Below the pieces are notes generated by a model that saw nothing but the letters and a program-made list of their open reading frames with translations, did no database searches and was not told where the DNA came from. Source: the human T2T-CHM13v2.0 reference genome, Homo sapiens. From it: DNA of 64,000 bases. The stretch lies in NCBI RefSeq assembly GCF_009914755.1, contig NC_060937.1; one strand, written 5' to 3'. Shown one piece after another: positions 61,992-64,000 of the stretch. Each line of letters starts with the position of its first letter. The first letter of the stretch is position 1. The position numbers were made by a program, and so were the translations under genes.

Positions 61992-64000
61992 TAATATTTT
62001 CAATTATATAGTTAAGAATATTGACATTGTTAGCAACATAGCTCTAGAACATTTTTATTTTTGTGAAAGTAATATGCAATACACATGAATCTCAGGCTTT
62101 TAAAACTCTCTATTTCCATTTCCTTTTGTTAGATCCTTCATTTTTATCTTCTCCCTTGTCCTCTTTCTTGTTTTGTCTTCATGTCTATGATAGTTTTGAT
62201 TTGTTCTTATTTTTCTTGAGTCCTGATTGCTCACATTTTTACCTCCTCGTCATCTGGTCTCTTTCCTGAGTTCTGATTCTGCCTTGTGATTACTCTTAAT
62301 GGAAGTGATTGGATTAAGTTACATAATTTGTCTATGATGCTTGCCCAGAATTTCCTCTGGTTTTGTTTTTCTGATGGCTATTCAGAAAATAGTATGCTTT
62401 GGCTATGTTTTTCTGATGAACATTCATTAGATAAGTTTTACATGTTCTTTTCCTGATTTTTAAAATATCTTTGAAGTGATATTGTGCCAGTTAAAAAAAA
62501 ATTATTACTCATCATAAAATGAGTTGGAGTTCACTGCCCTAGCTATTTGTGGGGCTAGTCCTCTGGATGTCAGTTTTGTTTTTTTGTTTTCTGCATGTAA
62601 GGCGTGCTGGGGCCAGGGCAGCCTTCTGTAGTTAACAGTCGCAGTACTCTCTGCTTCACTGTTTCCACAGACATTCTGCTTCCCGCTAAAATGATTTTGC
62701 TGTATAGCCCTGCCCTCTCTACTTCTCTGCACCAAACCATGGCCAGGAGGTCATCTGCCACCAGCCCCACTTGCCCCTGTACCCCATTCCTTTGCTACAC
62801 CAAAGGGGTGTGTGTTTTGCACTTCAGGATGAGCATAGAGTTGCTGTTCTCTGGGATCTGCCGCACAGGCTGTTTCACTGTTCCCTCTCACTGTATTCTC
62901 TTCTTTACCTCTGTCTTGCCCCAGTAAGCCCTCTGCTTTATCTCCACTATGTGTGCTCTAGATTTCCTGGTTCCTGCAATATGCAAGGGATACAGGTTGT
63001 CACTTCAGGGTAAGCGCATACTCATAGAAGGTGTATTTTGTCAGCATTTTCTGTGATCTTTTACCATTTGGCTTTCTCACTATTTGCTTCCCCCTTCGTC
63101 TTAGGTTCATGGCTGATATTAGCACCTGTCAGCAGCCCTTGTACAGTTTCTTTGTATTGTTTTGCTGAAAATGGAATTTGGAGCTGCACCCTGTCTGTTT
63201 ACCTTGTTTCTTTTGTGTGATATGTTTCTTTTGTGTGATAGGCAGCAGGAGAATGTTGGTGTTCCATGGGACATGTTTATATTGGAGGTCTGATATACTA
63301 TATTCTTTCAAAGGATTTCTTTGCATTGAGAGTAGACTTTTAGGGGAATAGGGTGGAAGCTGGGAACACCTGTTAGGAAACTGTTTTAATGATTCAGGTG
63401 AATGGTGGCCCGCGTCACAGTGCTAACTATGGAAATGCTGAGAAGTGGTTAAACTGTGGCTATATTGTGAAGGAAAGCTGATTTGGAACTTGCTAATGAA
63501 TTGGTAGGGTGAGAGAGGGAGTCGCTTGTAGCTGTGTGCACCTGTCTTTCAAATGCTGGTCTGTGCTGGGGAGCTCAGGGCAGGCTGTAAGTAAATAGGA
63601 CCTGTTCACTGGAGAACGTCCCCAGTGGCACTTGCCCAGCTGCCCCAGTGAGCCCTGCTTCACTCATTTTACTGATCGGGGGTCAGTAAAATGATCTATT
63701 TAACTTTGGTCTGGGTGGGACCGCTTTTTGTTTGTTCCAGGTTTGTTGTAGAGGTTTGCGTGTCCTACAGGGGCCCTCCACAGGCACACCTTTCACTCTG
63801 CTTATAGTAGGGATTAATGCTGCAGCCAGTGGCTCCATATACAGGGGCCAGAGCCTGCCCAGCCATCCCATAGTCATCTCACGGACTATCCTGACAGTTG
63901 CCTTATAGCTACTTCAGCTTGCCAAAGTGAGGGTCCTCGGCCAAAGATAATGGCTTCCAGATCTGCTAGGGCCTCTTATAGTGTGTGCTTGCATTGTGGT

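Noticed and set aside
63205-63240. Short two-copy tandem repeats (also ~14934-14963 and ~39004-39035)
   Set aside because: Ordinary 14-18 bp slippage duplications.

Overview
Human (hominid) genomic DNA from inside the DNAJC3 gene (P58IPK/ERdj6, ER co-chaperone and PKR/PERK inhibitor), + strand. Seven coding exons, numbered 3-9 from recall of the 504-aa protein, are found by their GT-AG boundaries and splice into one continuous TPR-repeat reading frame. The signal-peptide exons and J-domain exons lie outside the window. The rest is intronic and rich in transposable elements: a full-length L1PA2/3 (- strand) nested in an older near full-length L1MA, itself nested in an L1M; about 25 Alus; THE1, MLT1 and ERV1 LTRs; and DNA transposon relics. 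No new prokaryote-type system is present. The best leads are all untested: (1) an extended L1 ORF0 with a phase-0 splice donor that would fuse in frame to DNAJC3 exon 5 and give a signal-peptide-less P58IPK; (2) a 218-bp inverted copy of flanking DNA inserted inside an Alu, within a cluster of local templated duplications; (3) a ~2-kb foreign segment with 16-bp flanking repeats; (4) a candidate exon 5-9 circRNA with a closed 208-aa ORF. Repeat family names come from recall, not a database search, and boundaries of old repeats are approximate.
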